A stretch of DNA of 63,662 nucleotides, the filler included, from Nemertoderma westbladi (Eukaryota > Animalia > Xenacoelomorpha): NCBI GenBank assembly GCA_032718475.1. It is 4 parts of 4 records of this genome, joined end to end, with 100 filler letters (N's around TTAATTAATTAA, not from the genome) between each part and the next. Parts side by side here need not be neighbours in the genome. Positions count along the whole stretch, not along the records: positions 23,017 to 39,792 come from JAUCBJ010003904.1; 3 more parts are not named here. One strand, given 5' to 3'. A model generated the notes under the pieces. It had not been told where the DNA came from, did no database searches, and saw only the letters and a program-made list of their open reading frames with translations. Made by a program: the position numbers and the translations under genes. Shown in pieces: positions 23,200 through 36,875 of this stretch (position 1 is the stretch's first letter; every line of letters starts with the position of its first letter).

Positions 23200-26100
23200 C
23201 AACCGTTTCAACAGTCCTTTTCAGTATTTCCCATGCTGCACGAAGGCCTCTGAATTGTTTCAACAATTCGTGTTTGTATGGTTGGAAAATTGCGACGATC
23301 GCAAAGGCTTTTAGTACAGTTCAGTTTCAAAACCTTTTACAGTTTCAAAGCATTTCACATGCTGCGCAAAGGCCTGGATAATTTCGCAGCTATTTCAGTA
23401 TTTATCAAGCTGCACAAAGACCTCTGAACAATTTGAACAGCTTATTTCAGCATTTATCATGCTTTACGAATTCCTTTTAACAGTTTCAACAGCTCTTTTC
23501 AGCCTTTCTCATGCTGCATGAACTCATGAAGGTCTCTGAACAGTTCTAACAGCTATTTTCAACTGTCGGAACAATTTCAACTGTTCCTTTCAGCATTTAT
23601 CATGCTGCATGAAGGATTCTGAACAGTTTTATGAGCTCTTTTCAGTATTTCTCATGCTGCATGAAGGCCTCTAAACAGATTCGACAGCTATTTTCGGCAT
23701 TCTCATACTGCACAAAGTCCTCTGAACAACTTCAAATGTTATTTTCAACATTTATCATGCTGCCTTGAGGACTCTGAACAGTTTTATCAGCTCATTTCAG
23801 TATTTATCATGCTGTATGAATGCCTTTTAGCAGTTCCAACAGCTCTTTTCAGCATTTATCATGCTGCACGAAGGCATCTGAACAGTTTCAACCGCTATTT
23901 TCGGCATTCTCATATTCCACAAAGCCCTCTGAACAACTTCAAATGTTATTTTCAGCATTTATCATGCTGCATGAAGGACTCTGAACAGTTTTATCAGCTC
24001 TTTTCAGTATTTATCATGCTGCATGAAGGCCTTTTAGCAGTTTCAACAGCCATTTTCAGCATTTATCATGCTGCGTGAAGGCCTCTGAACAGTTTCAACA
24101 GCTATTTTCAGTATTTATCATGCTGCATTGAGGACTCTGAACAGTTGCATCAGCTCTTTTCAGTATTTATCATGCTGCATGAAGGCCTTTTAGCAGTTTC
24201 AACAGCCCTTTTCAGCATTTATCATGCTGCACAAAGGCACCTGAACAGCTTCAACAGCTATTTTCGGCATTCTCATATTGCACACAGCCCTCTGAATGAC
24301 TTCAAATTTTATTTTCAGTATTTATCATGCTGCATGAAGGACTCTGAACAGTTTTATCAGCTCTTTTCAGTATTTCTCATGCTGCATGAAGGCCTTTTAG
24401 CAGTTTTAACAGCCCTTTTCAGCATTTATCGTGATGCACGAAGGACTCTGATCAGTTTTATCAGCTCTTTTCAGTATTTATCCTGCTGCATGAACAGATG
24501 AAGGCCTTTTAGCAGTTTCAACAGCCATTTTCAGCATTTATCATGCTGCACGAAGGCCTCTGAGCAGCTTTGAGAGATCTTTTATGTATTTTTCAAACTG
24601 TGCAAAGGCCCCTGTGCCCTGGGCAGTTTTATCAGTTCTTTTCAGTTTTTCTCATGATACATGAAAGGATGAAACCCTCTGAACAATTTCAACTGCACTT
24701 TTCAGCATTTATCATTTTGCACTACTACTACTACTACTAGGATCGGCATGCTGCATTGCAGCTGCATTTTTAAGAATGCTGTGCCGGCTTGTCAACAAAA
24801 TTGCACCGCCACAACTCCCTATCACCCATGACATTTGCTAGATCATCCGCATCTTTAAGGCCAGTGTCCTTTAAGATGCGTCTCAATAAAGTCATGGGCT
24901 GTCCACCATGCTTATTCACTCCATGAGGCTGCCAAAGTACAAGATTATGCACTGGCTGGTCCTCACGGCGAAAGCAATGTCCTGCAAAGCGGAGGCGATT
25001 TTGTTCTAGTGTCAAGCTTGGGGGAACCAATGAGACACCTCCAATGTTATATAGTGTCTGGTTGGAGATGTGTGCATTGTACTTGACACAATGTACCCGG
25101 CGTAGCATTCTTGTGAATGTGCCATCCAGAGATTTGGTGTCCTCAGCAGTTAGAGCCCAGCATGGACTCCCGTAGAGGAGTACTGGAACTACTGCTGCTC
25201 TGAATAATCGGACCTTAAGTTTCCGATTAATTCTAGGTGACTTCCAAATCCTGGAAAGCCTATTCAAGGCTGCCCATGCCTTTCCCTTACGTATTCGAAG
25301 GTCCTCACCTGACTTCCGGATCCATGATCCCAGGTAACAGAAGTCGTCCACATGCTCAAGCATACCATCCTTTGAGCTTATGCTCATCCGATCAGAGACT
25401 TGCCTAGGACTTTCAAAGTTAACTGTCAGAATTTTTGTCTTTCTGGAGTTAATAAAAAGACCAACACTAGAAGCAGCATGTTCTAATGAGCTGAGGAGCC
25501 GCTGGGCTCCCTCTAATGATTCTGAGAGTACTCCTAAGTCATCAGCAAAGTCTAGATCAGTTAGGTACTTGGCAGGATTTCCTCGACTTCTGGAGCCAGT
25601 AGGTGGAGTTATCATCACCCCATCATCATTATGATGATCTAAGGACATGCGTAGAACATAGTCAACCACAATAATGAACAAGAATGGTGCAAGTGTGTCT
25701 CCTTGGAGGACGCCCCATAACACTTCAAATGGTTCTGTGTCACCATCAACAGTAGACACAAATGTTGTCGAACCATCGTATACTGATCTGATTGCTGCAA
25801 TAATTTCATCAGGAATCCCATATAATGAAAGTATGCTGAACATACGTGAGCGAGAGACTGAATCAAAGGCCTTGAAGAAGTCAACAAAGATAACAGCCAG
25901 ATGCCTGTCTTTCTTTTTTGATAACTCTTCAATTATCCTTCTAAGTGCCAAAATGGGCTCCATGGTCCCACGACCTTTACGGAACCCATTCTGATTTCCA
26001 CGTAGCAGTCTCTCAATGGGATCCCTGATGCGATTTAATAGAATTCTATTGTATAGTTTTGCAGCAATCGAGATCAATGAGATTCCCCGAAAAGAACCAT

Positions 26101-26552
26101 AGAGTGTTAGGTTGCCCTTCTTGGGAACTGGCACCAACTTATTTGTTTTCATTTCTTGTGGGACTCTTGTTGTACGGTACATGTCTACTATGATGGGATA
26201 GATGAGCTTTAAACACTCAGGTATTTTAAAGACCTCAGGGGGAACACCATCTACTCCACTGGCACGATTGGTCTTAATGCTCTTTGCAGCAGCCTTCACT
26301 TCTGCAAAGGAGATATCGCCAATGGGAATATCTGGGAGTACAGACTCAGACACTTTTACTTCTATAAAGTTATCATTTTGCACAAAGGACTCTGAAAGTT
26401 TTAGTAGCTCTTTTTCAGTATTTAACATGCTGTGCGAAGGCCTGAATAGTTTCAAAAGCTCATTTCAGTATTTATAATGCAGCAAGAATGTCTCTAACTA
26501 AAGCGTTTTGATAGCTCGTTTCAGTATTTGTGATGCTACTTGAAGGCCTCTA
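23200..26552. repeat. 52-bp satellite array interrupted by an RTE insertion
   Basis: Unit ttttcagcatttatcatgctgcatgaaggactctgaacagttttatcagctc, starts 52 bp apart (23949, 24001, 24053). The array resumes after 26370. Confidence 0.92.
24723..26369 (-). mobile_element. 5'-truncated RTE-clade LINE with intact RT ORF, (TAG)n tail and 14-bp TSD
   Basis: FRGISLIS, QNGFRKGR, FVDFFKAFDSV, GVLQGDTLAPFLF, DLDFADD, FCYLGS, RLRFAGH. TSD ttatcattttgcac at 24709-24722 and 26370-26383. Confidence 0.93.
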
Positions 26553-26596
26553 AATATATTTGGTGGGGGTGAAATGAACATAAGAACCCAGCGTTG

Positions 26597-26853
26597 ATGT
26601 CAATATTGACCTTAGATGTCAATATTGACATGCAATAAAACATATTAAAATTATTACAAACAACAATATACATTGGTTGGATTCAACAATATTTTAATTA
26701 AAATAGATATTCTCTTTACAAAAAAACATTTTTTACTTTTTAAATCACAATATTTAAAAAATTTATGATCAAAACATGTCAATATTGACATCATATCAAT
26801 TTTTACATGGAACAAGTCAATATTGACAACATGTCAATATTGACAAAGTGCCC
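26597..26853. mobile_element. Small MITE-like element with repeated palindrome tgtcaatattgaca
   Basis: Two copies of the palindrome at the left end and three at the right, around an AT-rich spacer. Confidence 0.45.
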
Positions 26854-26974
26854 GACTGATAATATATATGTATTGGTGTATTATTGTATTTGTCTGTTTG
26901 TATTATATATTATAGTTAGGCCTATATTATATTTATAATTTATATATATAAAAACACTTTCTTCATTCCCAGGC

Positions 26975-28265
26975 CTACAAGCAAGCTAGAAACAAATGTA
27001 TTTCAGTAATTAAACAGAAGGTTGCCTACGAATGTAAAATTGCAAGTGATGCCCCTACCTGCCTACTGCCATAGTAAACCCAAAATCTTTTGGAAATTTA
27101 TACGGGCAAAGGCAAGACCAGCAATACAGTGCCTCAGGAAGGATGATGGTTCGTTTGCTACAGCTGATATCGAAAAGGCTGCACTTTTAAATTAATATTT
27201 CCATATATACTGCATTTACAAAAGAAGACCTTTTACATATTCTTTCTAATTCTCAATAAATTAATTCAAGCATATCTACCATCAACTTCACATATGAAAT
27301 GAATTAGTTCTTCAGTCAATCAACGAAATGAGAGGGTCTAGTGCTACTGGTCCTGATCAAGTTTATCCACAAGTTATAAAAGCACTATCTGATACAATTG
27401 CTGAACCCATGGCTTCATTATTGAATAAGTCAATGAATGATGGAGCCCTACGGTACCAGTTGCCAGTGGACCAACCAATTGATTGGAAGCTCGCCAACGT
27501 TTCTCCACAATTTAAGAATGGTAGTAAATATTTGCTTGAAAACTTCAGATCTATCAGTCTAACATCAGTGGTCTGCAAAGTTATGGAACAAAACGTTGTC
27601 AATGAAACATACAGCTATATGAAGGAAAATAACCTTATACTGTAATATCCTAGATGACCATTAAGGTTTCCAGAAAGGGTGATCATGCAGCATGCACTCT
27701 ACAACTACTTGATTGTATCTTCCATTTCCATTGGTTCAAAGTACTAGATGATCGCATGTACTCACTGCATACTTGGCCTTTGATTCAGTGCCACACCAGA
27801 GACTGATTGTCAAATTGCAGGCCCTTGGAATACTGGAATAGGCCTATGGAATAACCGGCAATTTATTAAAAATTGGTTTAGGGCATTTCTCTCTCTTGTA
27901 GATACCAACGCATGGTCATCAGCATCAGTGGAAGAACATCACCGTGGCTACCTGTTGACAGTGGTGTTCCTCAGGGAAGTGTTGCTGGAGTTTTCTTGTT
28001 CCTTGGATACGTGGATGATGTTCCAACTCTACTCACTCAGCTCATTCATCTTTTCGCCGATGACCTCAAAGACAGCACTATATTCGACCCCAGTAACATC
28101 ACCTCTATTGCCCCACTACATGATTGATTGATAAACGTGATTTGGATGTCCTGGACCGCTGGAGCAAATTGTGCCAACTTCTTTTTAACCACGACAAATG
28201 TAAGGTAATGCTCGACCACTCACTAAAGTCCACAGATTTACATAAAGACTTGGGAGTCCTGTAGA
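26975..28265 (+). pseudogene. Degraded CR1-clade LINE ORF2
   Basis: NPKIFWKF, ATGPDQVYPQVIK, DWKLANVSPQFKNG, NFRSISLTSVVCKVME, AFDSVPHQRL, SGVPQGSV, LFADD, with many indels. Confidence 0.88.
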
Positions 28266-29506
28266 GAGCATGACATTGGTGATTGGTTAATTCAATACAT
28301 TATATACCGGTACTCGTTGAGAGTATTATCTTGTAATCTTTAGTCAATGTCTTCCATTTCGAAGTGTGTGCAAGCAGACAAGGGAATTGCCATAAAGGGT
28401 GAAGGAATATTGTAAGGGGAAGGTGATGTTTTTGATGGAAATAGACAACCTCAGATTAAAAGTAAATGACTGCAGTGTAGGTAGGCCTAATGTACCAATA
28501 TTCAATATATTTTGAATCATAGCACTTAATAGCTTAATATTATTCATTATTATTAAAACAGTATTACAGGAAATGTATAGTCTAAAATAAATAAAAATAA
28601 TGTAAAATTAATTAAAAACCAAGATATTGCATAATTTCCTTATAGGGAAAGCTGTAATTTCCTTATAGGGAAACACAAATTTCCCTATAGGGAATTAAAT
28701 AAGTTTCCATATTGGGCTAATTTCCCAGACCGGCTGTATGTGACAAATTTTCTAAGTGTTTTCCCACCAGACAAGTGTTTTAGACACATGCGTTTTTTAG
28801 CGTTTCAGTGCCCCCAAACCGGAACCCGGAAATTCCCAACATAATTATAGGATCCAATGTAACATAATTGAGGTTACGTTCGATTCGTAAAAACTATGTT
28901 ACATTCGATCCTGATAACGTTCGGTCTGTCTACTGCTGTAGGCCTACTGCCTTCCAAAGACTGAAAGATATTACAGACTGTTCGTTGCATAGGCCTATCC
29001 TATCTCAAGGATATGCAACTAATAATAGGCAATAGGAGTAACAATAATAATAAGAGGAGCCGGTTACAGTCTGACAGTCCAGCAGTCTGACAGTGGTAGC
29101 AGCAGCAGGGTAGCTACTAGCTAGAAGAAACCAAAATTAACAATAAACGATTTCGTCGATATGAAAAATAATAACAATTAAAATTTGTTGTATTATTTGG
29201 TGTGGTTAGATTGTTTAGACGTACGGACCGTCAAATACCGGTACCTTTATTATATAGGCTTGTAACAGCCTAACAGTTCAGCAGTTTGCAGTTAAAAAAA
29301 GTCGAATAGATGTAGTGAGAGTGAGAGAGTAGCCTACCGTATAACTACGTACTAACCGAACATCCTGTTAACAAATTTTTTCAGTGAATTTTCGATTTAT
29401 ATTATATATATTATTGATTGCGTTAGAATACTCTGGAAAATATTGAAATATAAAAGTTCAACTTTTAATTTAAGTAATATTTATAGACTATTTTATTAAT
29501 AAAGCG

Positions 29507-30370
29507 ATGAGCGCAACAGCAGACTCGGATCACAGGAAGGATAATCTTATGGCCCACTCAATGACTCATCAGGGTGTCCCTGGTCAGATGCAGCCTAGCA
29601 ACACGACCAACGGTGACGTAATGACTGACCCGAACGTATCGTGCGACCCGAACGAGGATTTTTCCACCCAGTACTCTACGCAGTCGCAAGCTTACCAACT
29701 GAACGCGGTCAACCAGGGTTCCCAGGACCCCTATATGGGTTACAACTACTCGATGGGATTGCATTACTTCAGCGGGAACCCCGATGCTAACGCTGCCGCT
29801 GCGTGGTCTACCGGCGATCCATTGAACTACCTGACTTACGGCGCTGAACCTACCGCCCATGGACAGTACCTACCGGAGGCCATGTTCAACCAGCACGCGC
29901 CGCCGACTGGCAATTATATGGGACAGCAATTTGGATTCTTTCCGGGGTCCCACGACTTTGGTGCGTGGACGGCTGGCGGGCAGACTGGTATGGCGCACGG
30001 GTACGGCGCGACAGCTAATGATTATTCGCGAGGCTACCAGATGGGTTACCCAATGGGGACTGGTTACGGTGAGATGAAGGGGTTGGAACACGGGATGGCT
30101 TCGTTGAACGTTGTGGGAGCGGGGGATCAGGATTTTCGGGCGGACACTCGGTCCCCGCCTTCCGGGGTGGGTAAAGGGGGCGGTGGGGGCGTAAAGCCCA
30201 CATCGTGGGCAGCCATCGCCGGGCAGCCCGCTAAGGGGCCTACTATTAAACTGAAGCCGCGACAAAATGTAACACCGGCGCCTGTTCAACTTCCCGCCCA
30301 GAAGATACCCAACGATTCCTGGGTGGAGAAACACAGTAGCAATAACGCCGGGTCCAGTTTCCAAAAGCAG
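29507..30370 (+). CDS. YTHDF: YTH domain family protein (m6A reader), coding exon 1
   Basis: MSAT start, G/Y/Q/P-rich low-complexity region, MKGLEHGMASLNV and KPTSWAAIAGQPAK motifs of YTHDF. Donor CAG|GTAAGG at 30370/30371, phase 0 (288 codons). Confidence 0.9.
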
Positions 30371-30410
30371 GTAAGGCCCTTGTCTATGGATGATATTGAT
30401 GGGTAATGTA

Positions 30411-32089
30411 AAGAGTTGAAACAGAGACTTATTTTTTGTAAAACCGGTGAACCAGAGACCTACCGGCACCCAGAAATTTATTTTGAAAAATACCAGAGCC
30501 AGAGATCAGAGACTTTGCTTATTTTTGTACTTACTACTGATTGTATTTAACACAAGCATGTACGAATGAACTGATAACTATTTTTCTATGGTTGAATTGC
30601 AGTAAATTCACCCTTACCCAATGGAAAAAATAATCTGACGCAGCCCCCCTCCATCCCTATCACCATATCGTAGACGTGTATTTATAGACGTACCCAGAAT
30701 ATCACAATCATATACACCTATCAATCTATCAATGTAGGCCCTACTATAAACTTGGTCTTTTACGAATAGTTAACTGGATCCTCTATTAGCCTCGTTACGT
30801 TCGTTCCCTTCATTTTATCCTCATAATATTTATCCTAAAATAAGGTGTAAAGAGATGAAACTTTCCTCTTACTTTTAAGCTTTATGGGTGCTCAAATTAA
30901 ACACCCTTATCCATAAATATGAACCCTCTTTAGGTGCTAATTTATTTTAATTAAAAGCACCGTTAAATAGACCGGTATATTTACCTTTATATTTAGTGTG
31001 AGTCATAACTAAACATTGTGTAAAAGTGAATATAATTTTGTTGAAGCAGAGTATTAAAAATAGTTAAAAATTAAAGAAGTTATTAATTATTAGAGTTGAA
31101 ACAGAGACCTGTTTTTCTTAATCCCGGTAAACCAGAGCCCAACCCGGAGAATTATTTTGAAAAATACCGGAGACCAGAGCCAGAGATCAGAGACTTTGCT
31201 TATTTTTCTACTTACAATTTGATTACTCCCCTATAGCACAAACAGGTACCATACGGCCTTAGAACTATTTTTCTATGGTTCAATTACAGTAAAGTAACTC
31301 CAACCCATGTCAACCCTTACCCATTGTAAGAAAATAAGCGCACGTACAGGTTGGGGGGCTTAATTAATATTAATTTGGTTATTTGTTCATTAATTCGTTC
31401 TTATTTTGTTATTGTTAGTAATATGTTACATAATTTTGTTTTGCGCCATAGGTACCGGTACTTTGTTAATTAAAGGCACTTATTTTACAATTGTTCAAAT
31501 CATATACATTCCAATATACTATAAACTTAATCATTTACGAATACTTAGTGCACAGGTATAGTGCTCTACTCGCCTCATTTACAAGCCTCGTTACCGTTAC
31601 GCTCGTTCTCTCCATTTGGGCGTCATATTATCTATCCTATAACAAATTGAATGGAGAACAGCCCTTTCTTTCACTTTTAAACATTATGAGTGCTCAAATT
31701 AAGCACCCTTATCCTTAAATAAGAACGATCTTTAGGTGCTAATTTAACTTAAAATTAAACGCACCTTAAATTAATTAAATAGAAGATTATCGGTACATTT
31801 ATTAGAAATAGAAATAGTGTAAAGTGAATGTATAATTGTGTTGAAGTGGTGTATGTAAAATAGTTAAAAATTAAAGAAATAATTAATTGTAAAAAATTTG
31901 TGAAAAATTATTTTCATTTCACATTTTGTGTTGTACAGGATATATTTTTAAATATCTATTTCTAATTTGTAAAATCACTGATCTCTGGGTAAAATGTCTG
32001 TTTTCAATACCCGGGAACCAGAGACCTATCCAGAGACCAAAAAATAGCCGGGAGAATTCAGTCAAGTGACAAGTCTCTGTTTCAACTCT
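30411..32089. mobile_element. hAT-like MITE, partially tandem-duplicated, in the YTHDF intron
   Basis: agagttgaaacagagac at 30412 and 31092, inverted gtctctgtttcaactcta at 32072-32089. Internal blocks 30860-31090 and 31660-31890 are homologous. No clean TSD. Confidence 0.55.
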
Positions 32090-32823
32090 ATTATATAATT
32101 ATTATATTCAAAATTATTTGTGAAAAATAATCTCAATTTTGAATATTATGTTATACAAGATAAATATATATTTAATTTGAAAAGAGGTACGTATGGCAAC
32201 CTTCAATAAATTTGCAACCACTATTGAGTTTGTGATGCAAATCTTTTCCATTTTATTATGTAACGATTCATAAATCAAATATGTTGGTATGATATGATTG
32301 GCTCTCAATAGCGACAACATTGACAATGAATTCATTCACTTTGGATTGGTCTACCGGTATCAATAGATTGCTGGCCTTTTATCATTTCCGCACAGCCAGC
32401 CCTCGTCCTGCGCTTATCAATCTGTCATATATCGCCTCGTAAATGCCAAAAATATCTGTAAAAATTTATATCCAATCTTTATCAAATATGATCATAATTA
32501 TGCAGTCGTTTCCTAATGTTACAAGTTTGGAATAAAACGAATTGCCAACAGCGACCGCTATAAACAATGAGGAAAATTTTTTGTATTTACAAAAACCATG
32601 GGTGGCGCGTCGCTGATGGAGCAGCCAAATAATAATATATTTTTGCGTGTAGTGGAAATTTGAAATTATTAATATTTTAATAGGGGGGCCTATTTATTTT
32701 CAATATTATTACACATGTGTGGAAGTTTAGCGTTTCGATTGGTGTGGTTGAGGAGTTTATAGGAAACTTTAAAATGATAACTGAGCCTTAACTCTTTGAC
32801 CTAAATGTAGGTTCGTGACAAAC

Positions 32824-34402
32824 TATGTGCTGGAATATAGTGTCGTATCGTTATTCAGGTACCCGCCCCCACCCCCCCCCCCCCCCCCCCCCCTCCCCCT
32901 CCCCGCAAAATTTTTTTTTTTTCTACTCTTTCTACTCTTAAACTGGTGAAAACTCATGAGTTTTGGGAGGGCCAATTCCACTTGGTGGGAATTTTTCTAA
33001 TGGTAGTAGGCCTATCTGACTTGGTGAGCACTCATTTGAGTTCTCTAGTCTATTCCCTCTTGGTGTATCTTTTTTTAAGAAGAATTAGTTAATAATAATA
33101 ATAATATTGGTTATTTATATAGCGCTTTTCTTTCTTTCGACTTATTCTAAAAAAAATTTATGTAAATTTAAGAATTGAATGCGGAATTATGTCAGTTTGG
33201 AATTCATTAAAAGAATGGCTTGAAAATTATTCGTAACATTCTATGAATGTAAATGTGTTGAAATTTTTTTTATCGAATAAGACTAATTATTTTAAAATAG
33301 CTGCGAATTAGTAAATTAGCGATAGATTGCGTGATTTTCAACTTCAGAGGCCGTTATATGGGGTATCATCTGAAGGAGGAGTAAATGACCTTCAACCTGG
33401 TGCATACAGTTTGTTTTTGTGACTTATAACAATGGAACGGCCATTAGTTAAAATTTGAAAATTTTCCCTTGCTTTACTACCGTGTTGTTTAGCCTATACT
33501 GATCGTCTGGAGTCGATTCTACTACTGTTTTTAAGCTCATCAACAGCCCATTACAATGGGCCTGTTGACGTTGACAGAAAAGTCAATGCTACCTTCCCGG
33601 GAGCTGATAAACAAAAGTATAGCCGAAACTCATATGTGAGTTGAAACCAAGTCAGAACGGTTTTACTGTAACTCATATTTGAGTTTACACCAAGTCAGAA
33701 TAGATTTCATCAATAATTCCCACCAAGTAGAACTGACAATCGAAAAACTCATATTTGAGTTTTCACAAAGTGGAGATGCGTTTTAGAAAAACCCTTTAAG
33801 GGTTAATAAGATTGCATGAAATTGGAAACAGAGAGTTTCACTTCCCGACCACTTAGTGGGTGAGCCAGAAATTTTATTTTCGCTTTGTTCTTTAGCTACA
33901 AACGTTTACAAAGGTGTCTCCGTCGATATTACAGTTACACCGCAGTTACTCGTCAACCTCATAGTGAATAGTTGGTTGTGCAAGGATTCCAAATAAGTAC
34001 GGTAACACAATCTAAATGTCGTTGAGGAATAGCTGAGATACGGGCGTTCAAAAATTGCATGGTTTTGCGCCTGCTCGATGCTATTTTATTCTAGTTAATA
34101 AATACAATGTTCCCAAAATATGATGTATTTATTAAATATAATAAACTACCATCGCGCTGGGTCAAAACCATACAACTTTTGAACGCCCATATCTCAGCTA
34201 TAACATACCACTAAGATTGTAGAATAACCGGAGTGCCACAACTGGTGCAATATCGACGGAGACACCTTTTTCAAACGCTTGTAGCTAAAGAATGAAAGCG
34301 AAAATAAAAATTCTGGCTCACCCAGCAAGGAGGAGGGAGGTGGGGGGGGGGCAGGTACCTGTATAACGACATTATTCAGGATTATTATCCAGGACATGGT
34401 GT
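32824..34402. mobile_element. Nested MITEs in the YTHDF intron
   Basis: Outer ends atgtgctggaatatagtgtcgt / tccaggacatggtgta are shared with 9333-10075. An inner inverted pair at about 32940-33045 and 33625-33780 has actcatatttgagtt and ccaagtcag motifs. Confidence 0.55.
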
Positions 34403-36801
34403 AATGAGTATGCTCAGAATGTGAATTATTTTGCTATTCATAATATTTTTTCCTATTATATCGGATTATTTATGGGGGGGGGGGGGGGGGGGGGGGGGGG
34501 GTTGGTAACACAACACCCCCTATTTTGGAAATTGACAATAAAAAATTTATATTCTATCATGAGCCGAATTTAATTGAGATTTCAAATCTGCAAGCAGTTT
34601 TCTCATATCTTTTCTCAAACTCAAGTTATTACCCAAAACGTAAGAGCTAGTCTGATTTTTGACAAGCCTTCGAGCAGCACTATATTTTACAATTGTACGG
34701 GGCCCTTTTCATAAAAAAGGCTCTCACGTAGATATGAATAAAATTGCTAGAAAGTTGTTTTACTGCGGATGATAATATGTTTAGCAAGCATGAAAAATTT
34801 CGTTGAATTTCATTCATTTTTGACAAAGTTATTGTTGAACATAGAAAAATGGTATTATCTAAAATAGCGGGAAGGTTTGAATTGTTCCTTAAACTTTAAA
34901 CACCCATATCTCAGAATGACGTTTTTTCATGAAAAAGGCTATTTCTCCGCCAATTTTAACTGAAATGAGTTGAAATTTGGTACACTTGTTAAGAATACCT
35001 TTCTCCATACTTCTTCTGAACAAATTTGGTTGGAAATGCCATGGAGCCTTTTTATTTCAAAAAGCCCATTTATTTGGGCCTTTTTGTTCTAAAAAGGCTC
35101 CAGAGCATTTGAGGTAAAATTTGTTCAGAAGAATTGGATGCAGGGTTCTTCTGAACTTATATTCCAAATTTACAATTTCAAAAATATTGGTGGAGAAATA
35201 GCCCTTGGCGCAAAAAGGCACTTTTGGCCATTTACGGAGCCTTTTTTGGGCCAATTTAAAAATATTTGGTTTGGTTGTTCTTACACAGTCCAGATGACGT
35301 TTAGTAGCGCAAAAAATAATTTTCACCCAATTTTAGGGTCCAGAGACACAAAAATGTGAGGATCAATTTTACGCTACCCCCACCTTAAATTATATCTTTC
35401 AATTTGAATAAATGGTTAGGATTGAAATATCGTTTAATTAATTTCATTGATTCTTGTTTGTTCAATAGAGTGCAACGGATTGCTGTTGAATAGTAACATA
35501 TGGTAGAATGCGTCTGGGGAATAGTTAAGTTTTGTAGAATTACAGGGGGAATTAGTAACATAAGGTAGAATGCGAGGAGGGAATAGTAACATATGGTATA
35601 ATGCGTGGGGTGGGGGGGAATAGTAAACATCGGGAATAGTAACATATTGTAGAATGAATAAATTTAAAATAAAAATAAAAAAAACCCATGTTTTTTGTAA
35701 TTTTCATTAAAAAGTGGTGAAATATTATAAAATCAAGAAAAATGATCTAAATTTATTGCAGCTTATGAAATTTCCTTTCATATAAAGCAAAAATTGTAAA
35801 AATAACATTTATGAATTGGTGGGAAAATAGTATTTTTTGTGCGAAAAAATGTCATTCTGAGATAACTACCTTCAAAGTTCAAACCTTCCTGCGCAAAACT
35901 ACCTTTATGATGTCTGGTTGGTTAATAGTGTCAGACATGAAGGAAGCGCACCACCGAGCTAAAATTTAATTTATAGGGGTTTTTGGGATCGCTGATATCC
36001 GTCGTTAGTCTCACTGTTGTCTATCTGTGTCAGTCTTATATTTTGACAGACAGATATTTCACATTAACTCGAGAACTAAAAGCCATTTTCAGATTTGAAA
36101 TTCCCATTAAATACTGCTCTAGATGTAAAAAAACAAATTTCAGAAATTTTTACCGATGGGTCTAAGCCCCCCCCCCCCCCCCCCCCCCCCCTCCCTCACA
36201 CCCCCACTTAACTCTTTCATTTGATTTTTTAATTACTAAGGCATAATTAAATTTATTTAATAATTATACAGTACATACTGTCAATTTTGTAAATTGAATG
36301 CAAAAATCCTTTCAAAAGATTAACAATTCATGAAAAATTTTGTTAGCCATTTGGCGATATATATTCGCAATGAAATAAATAATAATCATAATATATATTG
36401 TATGTATATGTTTCAACTTAATCTTAATATTTATTAGCTTCAATTTGTTATTATGTTTATCTTCCCTGTCGTATTGGGGTCTATCATTTTCTCATTAGAA
36501 TCTCCTATTTTTCTCCAGTAGTTATCAATCACTGAATCCTGTCAGTGCCACCCAAACCCCCACCGCCGCCCCATTATAGATATGGTCCCGCGGGTTTACC
36601 CCGCACATACTACCGCGGGGTACCCAAGGAATTCAACTCGTATAGTAATCATCACACAATACAGTTACCAATAATATCAGATAACTGTATTCTAAATATA
36701 ATTTCTTATGTTTTTAGGTCCCCGTAGCGAGACCTCTAGTATTCACTCCGTTGTTGTGGTGTTGTTAATTTCTCGTTAGGTTTTGGTATTAAGGATTGAT
36801 A

Positions 36802-36875
36802 CGGCCCCAGTGGCTCAGTTGGCAGAGCGTGTGACTTGGAATCTCTAGGTACCGAGTTCAGTCCCCTCATTCCAG
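36802..36875 (+). mobile_element. tRNA-derived SINE head or tRNA pseudogene
   Basis: Box A tggctcagttgg and degenerate box B gagttcagtccc. The acceptor stem does not close. Confidence 0.55.

Noticed and set aside
23809-24501. ORFs in the 52-bp array
   Set aside because: Translations of satellite monomers.
30371-30406. ORF-track extension of YTHDF exon 1 to 30406
   Set aside because: Read-through past the CAG|GTAAGG donor into the intron.
36545-36727. Pro-rich ORF (PPKPPPPPHYRY) as an extra YTHDF exon
   Set aside because: No phase-0 acceptor/donor pair keeps the frame, and exons 1 and 2 already join in frame.
36802-36875. Functional tRNA gene
   Set aside because: Degenerate T-arm and no acceptor-stem pairing. 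The same applies to the heads at 2510, 5309 and 54200.
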